NCBI RefSeq assembly: GCF_032191835.1
Contig: NC_083232.1
Coordinates: 45,632,001-45,696,000 of the forward strand
Direction of reading: 5' to 3'
Length of the DNA stretch: 64,000 nucleotides
DNA from: Heteronotia binoei
Lineage: Eukaryota
The notes beneath the pieces are model-generated. The model had not been told where the DNA came from. It ran no database searches and saw only the letters and a program-made list of their open reading frames with translations. Position numbers and translations under genes: made by a program. Shown in pieces: positions 25,926 to 38,131 of the stretch. Each line of letters opens with the position of its first letter. The first letter of the stretch is position 1.

Positions 25926-28900
25926 GAGGGAGCAACAGAAGAGGACGACTTTCATCTCCATGCTTGTAGGCCGTCCCGGGGGCATTTGTTTATCCACTGT
26001 GTAAATCAGAATGCTGAGCTACATGGACCCTTGTTCTGATCTAGCATGCTTGCTCTTATGTTCTGATGTACCTAGGTGAATCCCACCTCTAGCACCCTGC
26101 CCCTTTTGTGTGCCCATTTGTCAGAAACTCTAATTCTACATTGTCAGAAATTGTAATTCTACATCTAGTGGTAGAACAGTATTGCAGAACAATACTGATT
26201 CACTGTATTGTGCTATATCACATTGCAAAAGGGCAAGACACTGTGCTACACAGCAGGTATTCCATGCTGTATGACTGATCCCTGTAATACATATGGACAG
26301 GTACCATCTTCAGTCCACGCTGATCCTGGTGCTTATTTTGAATGGATCACTCACAGGGCATTATAATCTACACAATTGATTTCTTGCTATTAGCATGAGC
26401 CTTTGTTGAGGGTTCTGGCATCAGCCAGCTAGGTTTGTCCTAATAGCAAAGTGGGCTCTACTTAGTTTGAAAATCTGTTAAGCACCTATACTGTAACATC
26501 TATTCTGTAATATGCAAACGTTATCATCTTGCAAATATTAACATGTACTTTTTCTTTTACAATTTTTGGATGCAAATGTTTTGTTCTTTTACTAAAATAC
26601 AAGCTAAATCAGAAAAGATATTTTTGACTCAGTTTCCTTTCCCCCACCCCCACAAAAAAATCCTATTTCACCAAGGTAATGGAACTCAATTTAATATTTT
26701 CTATAGTGAGCCTGATGGAACACTATTTTTATATTGTTGAATGAGATAAAATAAAAATACTTGCTTGTCTGGTCAAAGAAAAGGAGAAATTAGGAATGGA
26801 CCAGACATTGGACCAAATTTAGAAGAAATGAATTATGTGACTGGGTTTCTGTCTTGAGTGTTTTTTCAGTGGTAAACAGAACTTGTGGGGGCTCCAGTGC
26901 AGATTGGGGTTGTGGCCAGTTGGAGGGTGGATAAGTCTTCCTGCGATGAATAGCTCCCTGGGACATAGCCCCAGTGGGGAAGCATATAGGTTGCTTGTGT
27001 GTCATTTGTTTGGCTGTACATTGTGGCCAGTAGGAAGTCTGGTAGGTCATTTCAGGTTGGGAAAGCAGCATAAAGGAAAGGGTGGAATCCCCCCCTCCTC
27101 CCTGCCATAGCTTCGATCCCCTCCCCTCCAGGCACAACTGCTATTTATTAATTAAACATTACTTAGGAGATTCATTCATGGCCTTAAGCTATACCATTTA
27201 AAAAGATTAATTCCATTTTTCTTGAAATCTCAAAATCAGGGACATGTATACAGACTATACAAATGTTGATGTCTTATATTAGTAACTTGGCATGGCTATT
27301 AAATGAAGCATATTGCTGGAATCGTCCACGATTAACACATTTATGAAAATACTATGCTTCTAGTGTCTACGTTATATTTTTATTAATATGCAAATGGTCA
27401 TGGAAAAAAGAAACTCCTGATACAAAGGAAATCCCTGTTACTAAGGTTGAATTAGTCAGTTTCACTGCTGGACTTCTGTGGCAATATAAGATGCTGGTTG
27501 TCAGTTTGGGATTCCATTTGGTCTGACGCTCCAATCTCTTCTTTTCCCCTCCTCATGCTGTCAAGGTCTCAGGAGCTGTCACTTTTATGTAGCCATCTTC
27601 AGATCAGGGAGCACTCTCAGAGGACCCTGAGTGCAGTTCTAAAAGCTTTAATAGATACCTCTTCTGAACTTCCTTCTCTGGTGTCAGTCTGTTGCCTACC
27701 TATTAGAGCAGTAACCCTCTGAGCCATTACCTTAGCAAAAGGAGGTCTCAGAGCAGGGCAGTCTAGCTATTACAGACTGAATTACTTGAATACTCCACAG
27801 AGACAAAAATATATTAAAGAACTATAACTCAGTTAATTCCTTAAGAGAATGTAGGGCTTCTGTAGGGCATCAGGAATCTTCCTGATTGCTGCCAGGAAAT
27901 CTAACAGTGGGTATTTTATGCATGAACTTTGAGTTCCACTGCATTTGTATTATCTCTCTTTCCCCACATACAATATGCTACTGCTGTGTGGTTTTCAGAG
28001 GGAGGGAAGCATATATGGAATAAGAATATGTTTTGTATGACCATAAAAACATAAAAAACCCTTTACTGAATCATATTTTATAAGTTACAGTGGACATACA
28101 TGCAACAATTCATTTCTGTGTTCTTTGAGCAATTCTCATGTTTTATTCAGTTTATATACTGGTGAATATGATTTAAACTCCACATTCATCCAGGTACTGA
28201 TACCTGGTTTCATGATTAATGATTATGCATGTACATGCAGTGCATTCACTGGAACATATGAACAGAACATGTATTCAAAATTAAACAAAATCAACACATC
28301 AAAACTCCTTGCTAAGATGGCTCAAACTATGAATAAAGAAATATGCAGTTTAGCAACTTGTCTGTAATTTATGTAGATGTATATATACTTATCGGCTTGA
28401 TACAATTTATTCTGTTTTGGGAAGGGACAAAGAGCCCTGTACATACAGCACCTTTGCCCACATGGAATCTTGTGTTCCTATTCATTTTTGGTACTTCTTT
28501 AGATGCTTCTACACATTTTCAACACTACCTTTAAGCAATAATCATAAGGATTAGAAACCTGCTTTTTATTGTCATGGAATCCCAGAGAGCCGAGACTAAT
28601 CTCTGGTAAGAGTCTTTCAAGGGTCTGGGAAGAATGCTTCAAAGATGTAGTGTGCTACAGAATCTAGCTGCTACTCCAAAAATGGCAGCATGACCTCCAG
28701 TGAGGACTGGCGAAGTATAATGAGCCAAGGTGGTCTTTCAGATGGAATTCAGGACTAGACCATTTAGGACTTCAGAGACCAAAACAAGAACTATGAATGT
28801 CTTCAACAGAGCCATGCGTACAGTTGGTTACAATAATTAAACTTGGAAACAGAGTATGTGGAAGGGTTACATAAAACTGTCCTTCTGTAGCCCAGTGATA

Positions 28901-29828
28901 CTTTGCTCTTCTAAATGGTTGAGGTGCTATTGGGACATCCACATCCTTAACAGAGTTACATCCTTCTAAGTCCACTGAAGTCTACTTAGGGCTACATTCT
29001 CAGTCATATAGGAACTCTGTATTCTTTTACTGTGTACACAGAGATCAGCTTGGTATTCCTGAGTGTATTTCCAGGGGATCTATGTAAAGAACTTCTTTCT
29101 GTAATGAATTGTACATATCTAATGTTGAAAGGCCTGCGATGCAGCTCCTTGTATTTAATCCACTTCTATTTTATCCACTTGCTTGATTCCATGCTCCTTG
29201 AGACTGTCAGTCTAGCATGGCTGGATATATTTTTCCTCAATACGGAGCGACAGCATTTTTTAAAAAATCAGTTCTTTATTAGACTAGAGAAAGAAATAGT
29301 GGGTTGGCATTGTAATTGTTCCCTTGGCAGTGACATAAAGAATAATAGAAAATATTTAATTGGTTGGAAAATTAAACACATTTTCTCTCTTACGGCTTTG
29401 AAATAATTTGATATTGCATTAGCTTTTTTCCTTCATTTCAGCTTAGTTTGTAGGTTGGAGTGTGTTTTATTTTAAAACCAAAACAGTAGTAACGTGTGTT
29501 TCACTACTGTTTTTTTTTGGGGGGGGGGGTTGTTTCCTCTTGTTTACTGTACGTTTACAGATTCTAATGTAAGTTGCCACAAGAATCAAGGTGGCTAGAA
29601 TTGCACAGTAGAAATGCCTAAAATAAATAATTTATTATAGGGGGGGCATGTGGTAATGTTTTAAGGATGGTTTGCTGACTAACAAAAGGTGTATATTCAT
29701 CACCTTTTCTCCAGGAAAAGCAGATGAAGTTTGTATCATGTCCAGGGTGGAGGCACTAATTAGACTTCAACTGCAAGGTTAGAGTGTGCAAAAATAAATT
29801 TTCTGTTAAAAGGAAGCTTGCTTCTCTA

Positions 29829-30070
29829 TTCAGCTTGGTGTAGTGGTTAAGAGTGGCAGACTCTGATCTGGAGAACTGAGTTTGATTCCTCCACATGAAG
29901 CAGCTGGGTGACCTTGGGTCAGTCACAGTTCTCTCAGAATTCTTGCAGCTCCACCTACCTCACAGGGTGTCTGTTGCGAGGAGGGGAAGGGAAGGAGACT
30001 GTAAGCAAGACTCCTTTGGATAGTGAAGAGCAGGGTATAAATATTGCTACTGCTACTACTACTGCTGCTA
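29829..30070 (+). mobile_element. tRNA/CORE SINE (Squam3-like)
   Basis: GGTGTAGTGGTTAAGAG, GTTTGATTCC, CCTCACAGGGTGTCTGTTG, GGGTATAAAT and a (CTA/CTG)n tail. Confidence 0.82.
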
Positions 30071-32481
30071 CCTGCTTCTTGAAACACATGCCCTCTTAGC
30101 AAGCAGGCCTTCACCTGGCTAGGAAGGGCTCTTATTCAAGAGGTGGACCTACCAGCCTTCTCTTCCAGGGGACCCATGTATGAGTAAACACCCCAATCTG
30201 TCACTTCAGGAAACTGGCATGCCTTCACACAAACAATTTTGCTCTTCTTGAGTGCCAGCTGCACAGCCGCAAATGAAAAAGGAGCAGAAGATTCTGGAGA
30301 CTAGCTTCTCCCTTTTATTTGCAGAAAAGAACAGGGCAGGGCAAATGCAAACCAACTGGTTTAATAAAATCAGTGATTAAAGAAATGTCATAATCAGATT
30401 TATATATTAATATATTAAGTGCATTTTTTGCAACTTGGTTTAACAGGATATCTGAATTTAATAATAAATACATTAAAGCCTATACACAATATCTTGATAC
30501 TGAGTCTTGACCACCTATCAATGTTGTTTTTTTTGAGAAACTATGGAGGATAGATATTTAGAATCAAAGTTAAGTTTTCTGAGTGACACATTAATACATA
30601 TGTTTTGTTCATCAATCCATCTGTTAATGGAGGGTTTTTGTTTTTCAGAGGTACAGGGAATTAGGAAATGTCACGATATGGGTTGGATCCAGACAGTATT
30701 TGTGCTGTGGGAAAGGAATGATCATGAGGGTATCTCTATTGATCTTCAAAAAAATTATGTTGAGTATCTTGAAACTTGTGGAATAGGGGCTGGACTAAGG
30801 AGCAGAAACACACAAAAGAGCGGGGGGATGTGGGGTGGGATTTTTGCTTAGGTCCAAAAGAGGGAAGATGTGGGGTGGGATTTTAGCTTAGGTGAATTGT
30901 CACAAGAGGGTGTGTGTTGGAGACCATTTTCTCTACAGAGGGTAAAATGTTAGGAATCCATTAACTCAATTCATAACCACAAAAACTATACGTGAGCTTA
31001 ATTAGTAGACTGGCAGAGAGCCAGTAATAGTGTGTAATAGATTTAATTGTATTGTGAAGGAAAAATTAGTTTGGTTTTCGGCTTTTTGCCTTTAAATGTA
31101 TTCAGTCTGCTTCTTTCGGGAGGACTGGTCATGACCTAATTAGCTCATTCCATTTACTAATCAAAGCTGTTTGGAGAGGCAAGTCTATTGCTTTATTGGC
31201 ATCAACTGTAAATGTGCAAAATCATTTGGGTGGGGCTTAGGGACTGAACCAGGGATTGTGGTGTGTTCAGTGAGTACCCAACACTGAATGCACCATAATC
31301 ACTGGTTCAGTCCCTATCACAACTCCAGTTAAATTGCTGCAAATTATAGGTGTGGGGATTCCCTTGCTGTGCCTTCTTGAAGGACCCCTGCCACAGGAGA
31401 CAAGGCAAAAGTAGACTGACCGGTGATGGTTTCATGTGCTCCATTTCATATGTTCAACATTGTAGTTATTTTTATTTATTTAAAATATTTATAAACTTGC
31501 CTTTTCCCTGACAATACAGGATACAAGGCAGATAAGAATATAAAATACATTAAACTATCAAATACACTAAAAACATGTTGAAACAATAAAAGCATGCATT
31601 TAAAACTGTGTTAAACTAACTAGTTTGAAATAATCCTGTTTACTGCCAGTAAAACATGCCGTCTCTTGCCCAGAGCCAAAAACTGTCCGTAATCATTCCA
31701 TTTTACAGCCTTTCCAGAAAGCCAGGTCCATAGATATCCCTGGGAGATAGTTCTCCAGGTATGGAGCATCGGCTACAAAAGCCCAAGTTTCAGGCCATTC
31801 AGAACATGCCCTAGACAAGGGAAGTACTGACAGTAGACCTTGCTGGAAGGAGCAGAGGTGGCATACCAGACACCTGTGTTTGTATTTCTGTTGCGTTAAT
31901 GTTTCCATTCCTGCCAATCCACATAGTGGGCTTTCCTTGGATACTGGAACCAAATAGGTACTCTGAGAGCCACAGGAAATAAGAGAATATTGAAATGCCA
32001 AATGGATAACGCTTTTGGTTTTAGAAGAAGAATGCGTTGCTCATGTAAGACTCTCAAGGAAAATCAGGTATCATTTTTTTCTTGTTCTGTACTCTTCTGA
32101 TTTAAAAGTAAAAACAAATTATTAAAGATAGAATCTAATATTTTCCATCGTTCCCTTTCTCTTTCTTTGCTTTCACATAAACCATAAACAAATAGGCAGT
32201 CATTTGTGCAAACAGAAGCAACCCACAAGGCTAACTAGGTTTGCAACACTTTGAGGCACTTTATTTTCCTGTTCTTAATTATAAGTGGAAACATGCTTAT
32301 TTCCAGAGGGATAGCTATGTTAGACTGTTGCAGCAAAAGACAGTGCCACAATATTCCTTTTTGTTTCTACTTGAAAGTATGCTCCAGTGATTTCAAGGGA
32401 ACCTGTTTAGAAGAAACAGTGGTTTGGAATGGATCCATCCCAATTGTGTGCATGTGTACTTGGGGAAAAAAGGGCCAAACT

Positions 32482-32597
32482 CAGGGCTTTTTTTGAGCAG
32501 GAACTCATAGGAAAGCAGTTTCGGCAGGCTTGGCATCAAAGGGTGTGGCCTAATATGCAAATGAATTCCTGATGGGCTTTTGTTACAAAAAGCCCTA
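32482..32597. mobile_element. Small hAT MITE of the same family (reverse orientation)
   Basis: CAGGGCTTTTTTTGAGCAGGAAC ... GGTGTGGCCTAATATGCAAATG ... AAAAAGCCCTA. TSD not clear. Confidence 0.7.
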
Positions 32598-33449
32598 TGC
32601 AAAACAATGGTGATGTCAGTGCAGAGGAAGGGAGGATTAACTCTTTGACCCTGTGCCATTTTTGAATGGCTCTCATGTTCTTGTCATCACATCTAGATTG
32701 GCCCAGAGTTCTGCTGCATTTAAAGGGACTTACTCCATGAAGGCATGCATGATGGTCAAACGTCTAGGTGTACCTGTAGTAAAATCAGTGGGCTTGGTTC
32801 CAAGTTAAAGCTTTTAGAGACACAGATATTTTAAAGAAATAAGATAAAAGAAAATTAGAAGCTACAACAAAGAAAATTAGAAGCTACAACTTGGACAAAT
32901 CTGAGACAGTACTGTAGAATATTCACCACCAAAATGGATGAGAGAATTTCAGGAACAATTCTTTTTCCAGATCTTCTGGGTCTTTCATTTCTCTGAGAGG
33001 TCACATCCCTGAGCTGGGTACAGGGATGTAAATTTTTCAAATAAATACATAAAAGAATGGCCAAATAGACATTTAATAATTTAACACCACATGCCATGTT
33101 CTTTTATGTGCTTTAAATGATTTTAATTTATCTTAATTTAACTGTCTCCTGGATATCATACTAGTTCAGCTGAGACATCATAATAAGTCATGGTTGATAA
33201 AACGCAATATGATGTCTGAGTTGAAAAACTATGCTTTGTGATAGACCAGCAAGCCAGAATCAGAAATCAATGTTAAGGTGGGCTTTTGAAACCATGGTTG
33301 GTGCTACCTATGGTTGATGTGAAGGCTGAGTTCATAGACCTCATTTATGGCCATCACTGCATCTCCGTGGACTGCTGTATCATGTAACCAGAAGAGAAGC
33401 TGTGAAACTGAGAGGGCAACATAATATAGCAAGATGAGCCACTTCTAAT

Positions 33450-34562
33450 GATCATAGAATCATAGAGTTGGAAGGGACCTCCAGGGTCATCTAGTCCAAC
33501 CCCCTGCACAATGAAGGAAACTCACAATTACCTCCCCTCAGATTCACAGGATCCTCATTGCTGTCAGATGACCATTCTAGCCTCTGTTTAAAAACTTTCA
33601 AGGAAGGAGAGCCTACAACCTCCTGAGGAAGCCTGTTCCACTGAGGAACCGCTCTAACGATCAGGAATGTTGAGCTGGAAACTCTTTTGATTTAATTTCA
33701 GCCTATTGGTTCTGGTCCTACCTTCTGGGGCCACAGAAAACAATTCCACACCATCCTCTATATGGCAGCCCTTCAAGTACTTGAAGATGGTGATCATATC
33801 ACCACTCAGCCGCCTTCTCTCCAGACTAAACATGCCCAGCTCCTTCAACCTTTCTTCATAGGACTTGGTCTCCAGACCCCTCACCATCTTCGTCGCCCTC
33901 CTTTGAACCCATTCCAGCTTGTCTATCTCCTTCTTAAAATGTGGTGCTCAAAACTGAACATAATACTCCAGGTGAGGTCTTACCAGAGCAGAATAAAGTG
34001 ATACCATCACTTCATGTGATCTGGGCCCTATGCTTCTGTTGATACAGCCAAAAATTGCATTTGACTTTTTAGCCACCACATCACGCTGTTGACTCATGTT
34101 CAGCATATGGTCCACTAAGACACCTAGGTCTTCGCACATACTACTGCTAAGACAACCCCATTCTATAACCATGCATTGGATTTTTCCTACCTAAATGCAG
34201 AACCTTACGTTTATTCCTGTTAAAATTCATTTTGTTGGTTTTAGCTCAGTTTTCCAGCCTGTCAAGATCATCCTGTATCCTGTTTCTGTCTTTTACTGTA
34301 TTTGCAATCCCTCCCAATTTAGTATCATCTGCAAATTTAATAAGCATTCCCTCTATTCCTTCATCCAAATCATTTATAAAGATGTTGAACAAAACAGGTC
34401 CCAGGAGAGATCCTTGAGGCACTCCACTTGTCACTCCTCTCCAAGAGGATGAGGTACCATTCACAAGCACTCTTTGAGTATGATCTGTCAACCAGTTACA
34501 GATCCACCTAATGGTAACAGGATCCAAACCACATTTTACCAACTTGTCAACAAGGATACCTT
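33450..34562 (-). mobile_element. CR1 LINE, 5'-truncated, with decayed RT C-terminus
   Basis: ATCATAGAATCATAGA tail. ORF fragments [40 protein letters not shown] (RT, FADD motif) and YEERLKELGMFSLERRRLSGDMITIFKYLKG. Confidence 0.96.
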
Positions 34563-35780
34563 ATCAAAAACCTTCGGATGGTTCAGAAGATCAAAGCATT
34601 GAATGTATTCTAAACTGTGCTTGGAAGAAACCTTGGTTTGGTGTGATATCTGACCCAAGCCACCACCAGCCTCTTCAGGTATTCTACTCCAATATCATAT
34701 TGCAAATTTATAACTAGGATTTTTTAAAAATGGTTTTAGGTTGTTGAAGGGCCTCAGGACTCCCCATAGGAATTCTTAAAAGCATTTTTCTTTGAACAGC
34801 ACAGCCTGCTGTTTGAGACTCACTCCAGTTTCACGTTTGAGAAAGAAAAGCACAAGCTCCACTTTGTAATAAGATTCCTTGTATTCTGGGTTACATGTAT
34901 CTTGATCTGTATCACAGCACAGGCTGATTCACGTCGTAAGAGATAGGTAAGAAGTTTACTCTTCCTATGTGAATCAAAACTCACAAGTAGTATTAGTCAT
35001 ACTTAACTGTACTTAATTCTGAGCTACAGAGAACACATTATTTTACTAGCAAAAAAGAGTTGCCATGGCAGCAGAGGCAGGAAAAAAAGACATTGAAATT
35101 TCAGTTTTATTTCAAAGATGCATTCGTTTTAAACCCTCCTTTATTGATGACTAGTCAAGCAACATGGTTTTTAAAGAAACTAGGGTTGGCACATTGTTCA
35201 GTCTCTGTGAAGGGCTTGAAGAGGATTTGAAAGAGTTTCCTTTAAAAATTGGCTTAACCCTACAAACTGTATTGAAGTATAGATGTGGATTTTTTGCACA
35301 CCAATGAATACAAATTTACATAATATTTTATCTCATAGAGCTTTCCTGTGCCTCTTCATGAAAGTCATCGTTCTGGGAAGTAAATATTATGGGTTGGATC
35401 CTACGCATCAACAGAGTAGTGCTAGAGGAGAGCAGTTTCACCTTCCCTCATCCCACTCTGCCTTCTTTTCCACCTAGAATTGTGCTCCTGTGAGTGAGAG
35501 AACCACCCAAATGGAGGGGAGAACATTAGGCAAAAAATACACAAAAATTGCCCTCCCCTCTGTGAACAGAAATGTCTTTCTGTCAGTTGTACTGCTGCTA
35601 TGCTGATGGAACCACAGTTTAGGGTCCAAGCCTATTTTCTCCACATGAAGTCAGCATCAGAAATATTTAAGATTTTAATGCTGCACTTCCTTTTACCTTT
35701 TCAAACACCTGTTGTTTATTCCCACATTAATTTTACCAAATCTATTTATGTAAAGTTACAGCATCAATTAAATGTAGATT

Positions 35781-36730
35781 GAGCGGCAGTCTGGTATAGT
35801 GGTTAGAGGGCCAGATCAAAAAGTTGCCAGGCTGCCGTTCTTCCAGCTGCTTCAAGTCAGGCAACTGGCACCTTACCAGTCTCGCCCTGACCTAGCTAAT
35901 CTAATGTTAATCTATGCAATGGTCACCTCCAGGCTAGACTACCGTAACTTGCTCTACATAGGGCTGCCCTTGAGGCTGATCAGGAAACTCCAACTGGTTT
36001 AGAATATGGCCGTATAGGTCCTTATTGAGACCCCCACATGGCACATATTCAACCTGTGCTGTGTGAGCTGCACTGGTTTTCAGTGGATTACTGGATCAGG
36101 TTCAAGGTTCTGGTGTAACTTTCAAAGCCCTTAATGACCTGGGATCCATGTAACTTCAGAACCTCCTCTCCTGGTATACTTCCAGAAGAGCTTTTCACGC
36201 AGGTGATAAGAACTTCCTGGTGGTCCCCAGACCAAGAGATATCCTGCTGTCTTCAATTAGGGCCAGGGCTTTTTCTGCCCTGATCCCTACCTGGTGGAAC
36301 TTTCTGTCGAATAAAATTTATGCCCTGCGGGACCTGTTGCCATTCTGCAGGGCATGTAAGGCAGAGATGTTCCACAAGGCGCTGAGGACAGTGATGGTCT
36401 TCCATCTCCTCTGGTAGTCCTCTTCCTTTCCCCTCCTCTACAAGCTATGAGGCAATGATATTTCCAGGAATTTATCACCATCAGACTAGCTTGCTGTAAA
36501 TTGTATTTTATGTGTTATTTAATTTTGGAATTTTTTATTTTCTTTGTAGGATTTGTAAATTTATTACTGTTGTATGCTGCCCTGAGCTGTGTTTTCAGGG
36601 GAGGGCTACTTAAAAGCAAAATTTAACATATAAATAAATAAGACTAGGATGGGTAGCCTTGAGTCAGTCACACACTCTCAGCCCAATCTATTTTACAGGG
36701 AATCTGTGAGGATAAAATGACAGGGAGGAA
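35781..36730 (+). mobile_element. MIR-like SINE split by the L2 insertion
   Basis: Head GGCAGTCTGGTATAGTGGTTAGAGGGCCAGA resumes after the L2 as CTAGGAT...CAGTCACACACTCTCAGCC...TGTGAGGATAAAATG. Confidence 0.68.
35816..36642 (+). mobile_element. L2 LINE 3' fragment, degenerate, inserted in a SINE
   Basis: VTSRLDYRNLLYIGLPLRLIRKLQLV fragment. 3' end GCTGCCCTGAGC...GGGAGGGC...TAAATAAATAA. Confidence 0.85.
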
Positions 36731-36872
36731 AACTCATAGAGTTGGTTTCTGTGATTCCATGATTCAATATAGAACGTCATTTTGGGGACAGGGCTGAACC
36801 AGGATTAAAGGCCTAGTGCAGAATTGGCCTAAAGAAATACCAATGCTACCCCTTCACACACACACACACAAT

Positions 36873-38131
36873 GGCCGTTTTCGCACTTAGCGTTTGCTCC
36901 CCTTTTTCCGTGGCGCAATTATGTCCGGATCATTTTTCTCGTTTTCCCACTAGTGACTCTTTGCGGAGTCGCCTTCCCTGAAGCCCCGGCTCAAATCGTT
37001 TTCCCACTGGCATCGGCTTGAGTTCGATGCCCTGTCAATCATTTTTTTTTTAAGCGCAAGTCTAGTTGCGTAATGACGTACTAACGTACTAACGTAACAT
37101 CGAGCTGTTCCCTCCCCTTCTTTTCTTGGACAAACCGCATCACGTGTGCTGCTGCTGCTTATGGATTGGCTGCAGCTGTAGAATCCTCCACAGCCCTTTA
37201 TGTATTAACGGAAGCATTCACAGTGGAGAATCCTAGCACTAGATTCCCCCCCCCCAAATTCTGAAGCACTAGATCCCCCCCCCAAATTTCCTCCGCTCTC
37301 TTTCCCCTCCCCGGCTGGCGCTTGCAACGGGGACCTGACTGATTCCTGCTGCCAGAGCTCCCCCCCCCCGCTCCATTCTCTCCTTCCCCTTCTATGGCGC
37401 GTGTGAAGAGCGAGGTCGCGTCTATTTTCTAACCGAGCGGAATGTAGCCAGGGAGAAGAATGCAGGACTCCAACTTCCCATTTTATACATGGCGATTTTG
37501 TGCAGGTCCAGAAATCCTGGTGGCACAGCTGAGGGAGGCATTCCCTTTTTAAAACACACATACATGAATGCTTTGGCCCGCACCGGCACTAGATTCCCCC
37601 CCCCAACAATGGTCGTTTTCGCATTATCGAGATAACGCAACAGCGAAATAACGCAACTAAAGTCAATAATAATAAAAAAAATTCTAACGAAACCAATTGA
37701 AGTGGCAATTGAGGCTATTCCAGGAGGGTTTTTTTTTCTATTTGTTAATTTCGAAATATCGCTATTACGCAAAACTGTGAAGTTTAAAAAAAAAAAAATG
37801 GCCGTGCCGGCACTTTGGGGAAGCGCCGCGAAAGGCTGATGATTGGCCAAGCGGGTGGATGGGTGGGAGGACGGAAAGGGAGAGGGTGACGCCCACAAAG
37901 CAGTCGATCCGGCGTGGATGGATTTCGCACAGCAAACTCCGCTGAGTGGATCCGGAGTGGATCCGGAGGTTTTCGGAAACTCCGGCAACATGCTGAAAAA
38001 CATACTCCGGCGTAAAATCCCTGAAGCGCCAGAGCAAAGCGCAGCGCCGGAGCAACATGTGCGAAATCCAAGAGAAGATCCGGAGGTAAATGGGGCGCTA
38101 CGCCGGAGCAAACGCTAGTGCGAAAACGGCC
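36873..38131. mobile_element. Non-autonomous PIF/Harbinger-like DNA transposon, 1259 bp
   Basis: 27-28 bp TIRs GGCCGTTTTCGCACT(T)AGCGTTTGCTCC. 3-bp TSD AAT (36870-36872, 38132-38134). CpG-rich, with subterminal CGTTTTC(C/G)CA repeats. No transposase motif seen. Confidence 0.85.

Noticed and set aside
29480-29520. 11-bp stem followed by a T run, resembling an intrinsic terminator
   Set aside because: Rho-independent terminators have no meaning in a vertebrate Pol II intron. The stem is partly made of A/T runs and is likely chance.
37422-38111. 229-aa ORF inside the Harbinger-like element as a transposase or Myb gene
   Set aside because: No DDE or Myb/SANT features, and it includes homopolymer-derived residues. 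Long ORFs are expected in GC-rich DNA.
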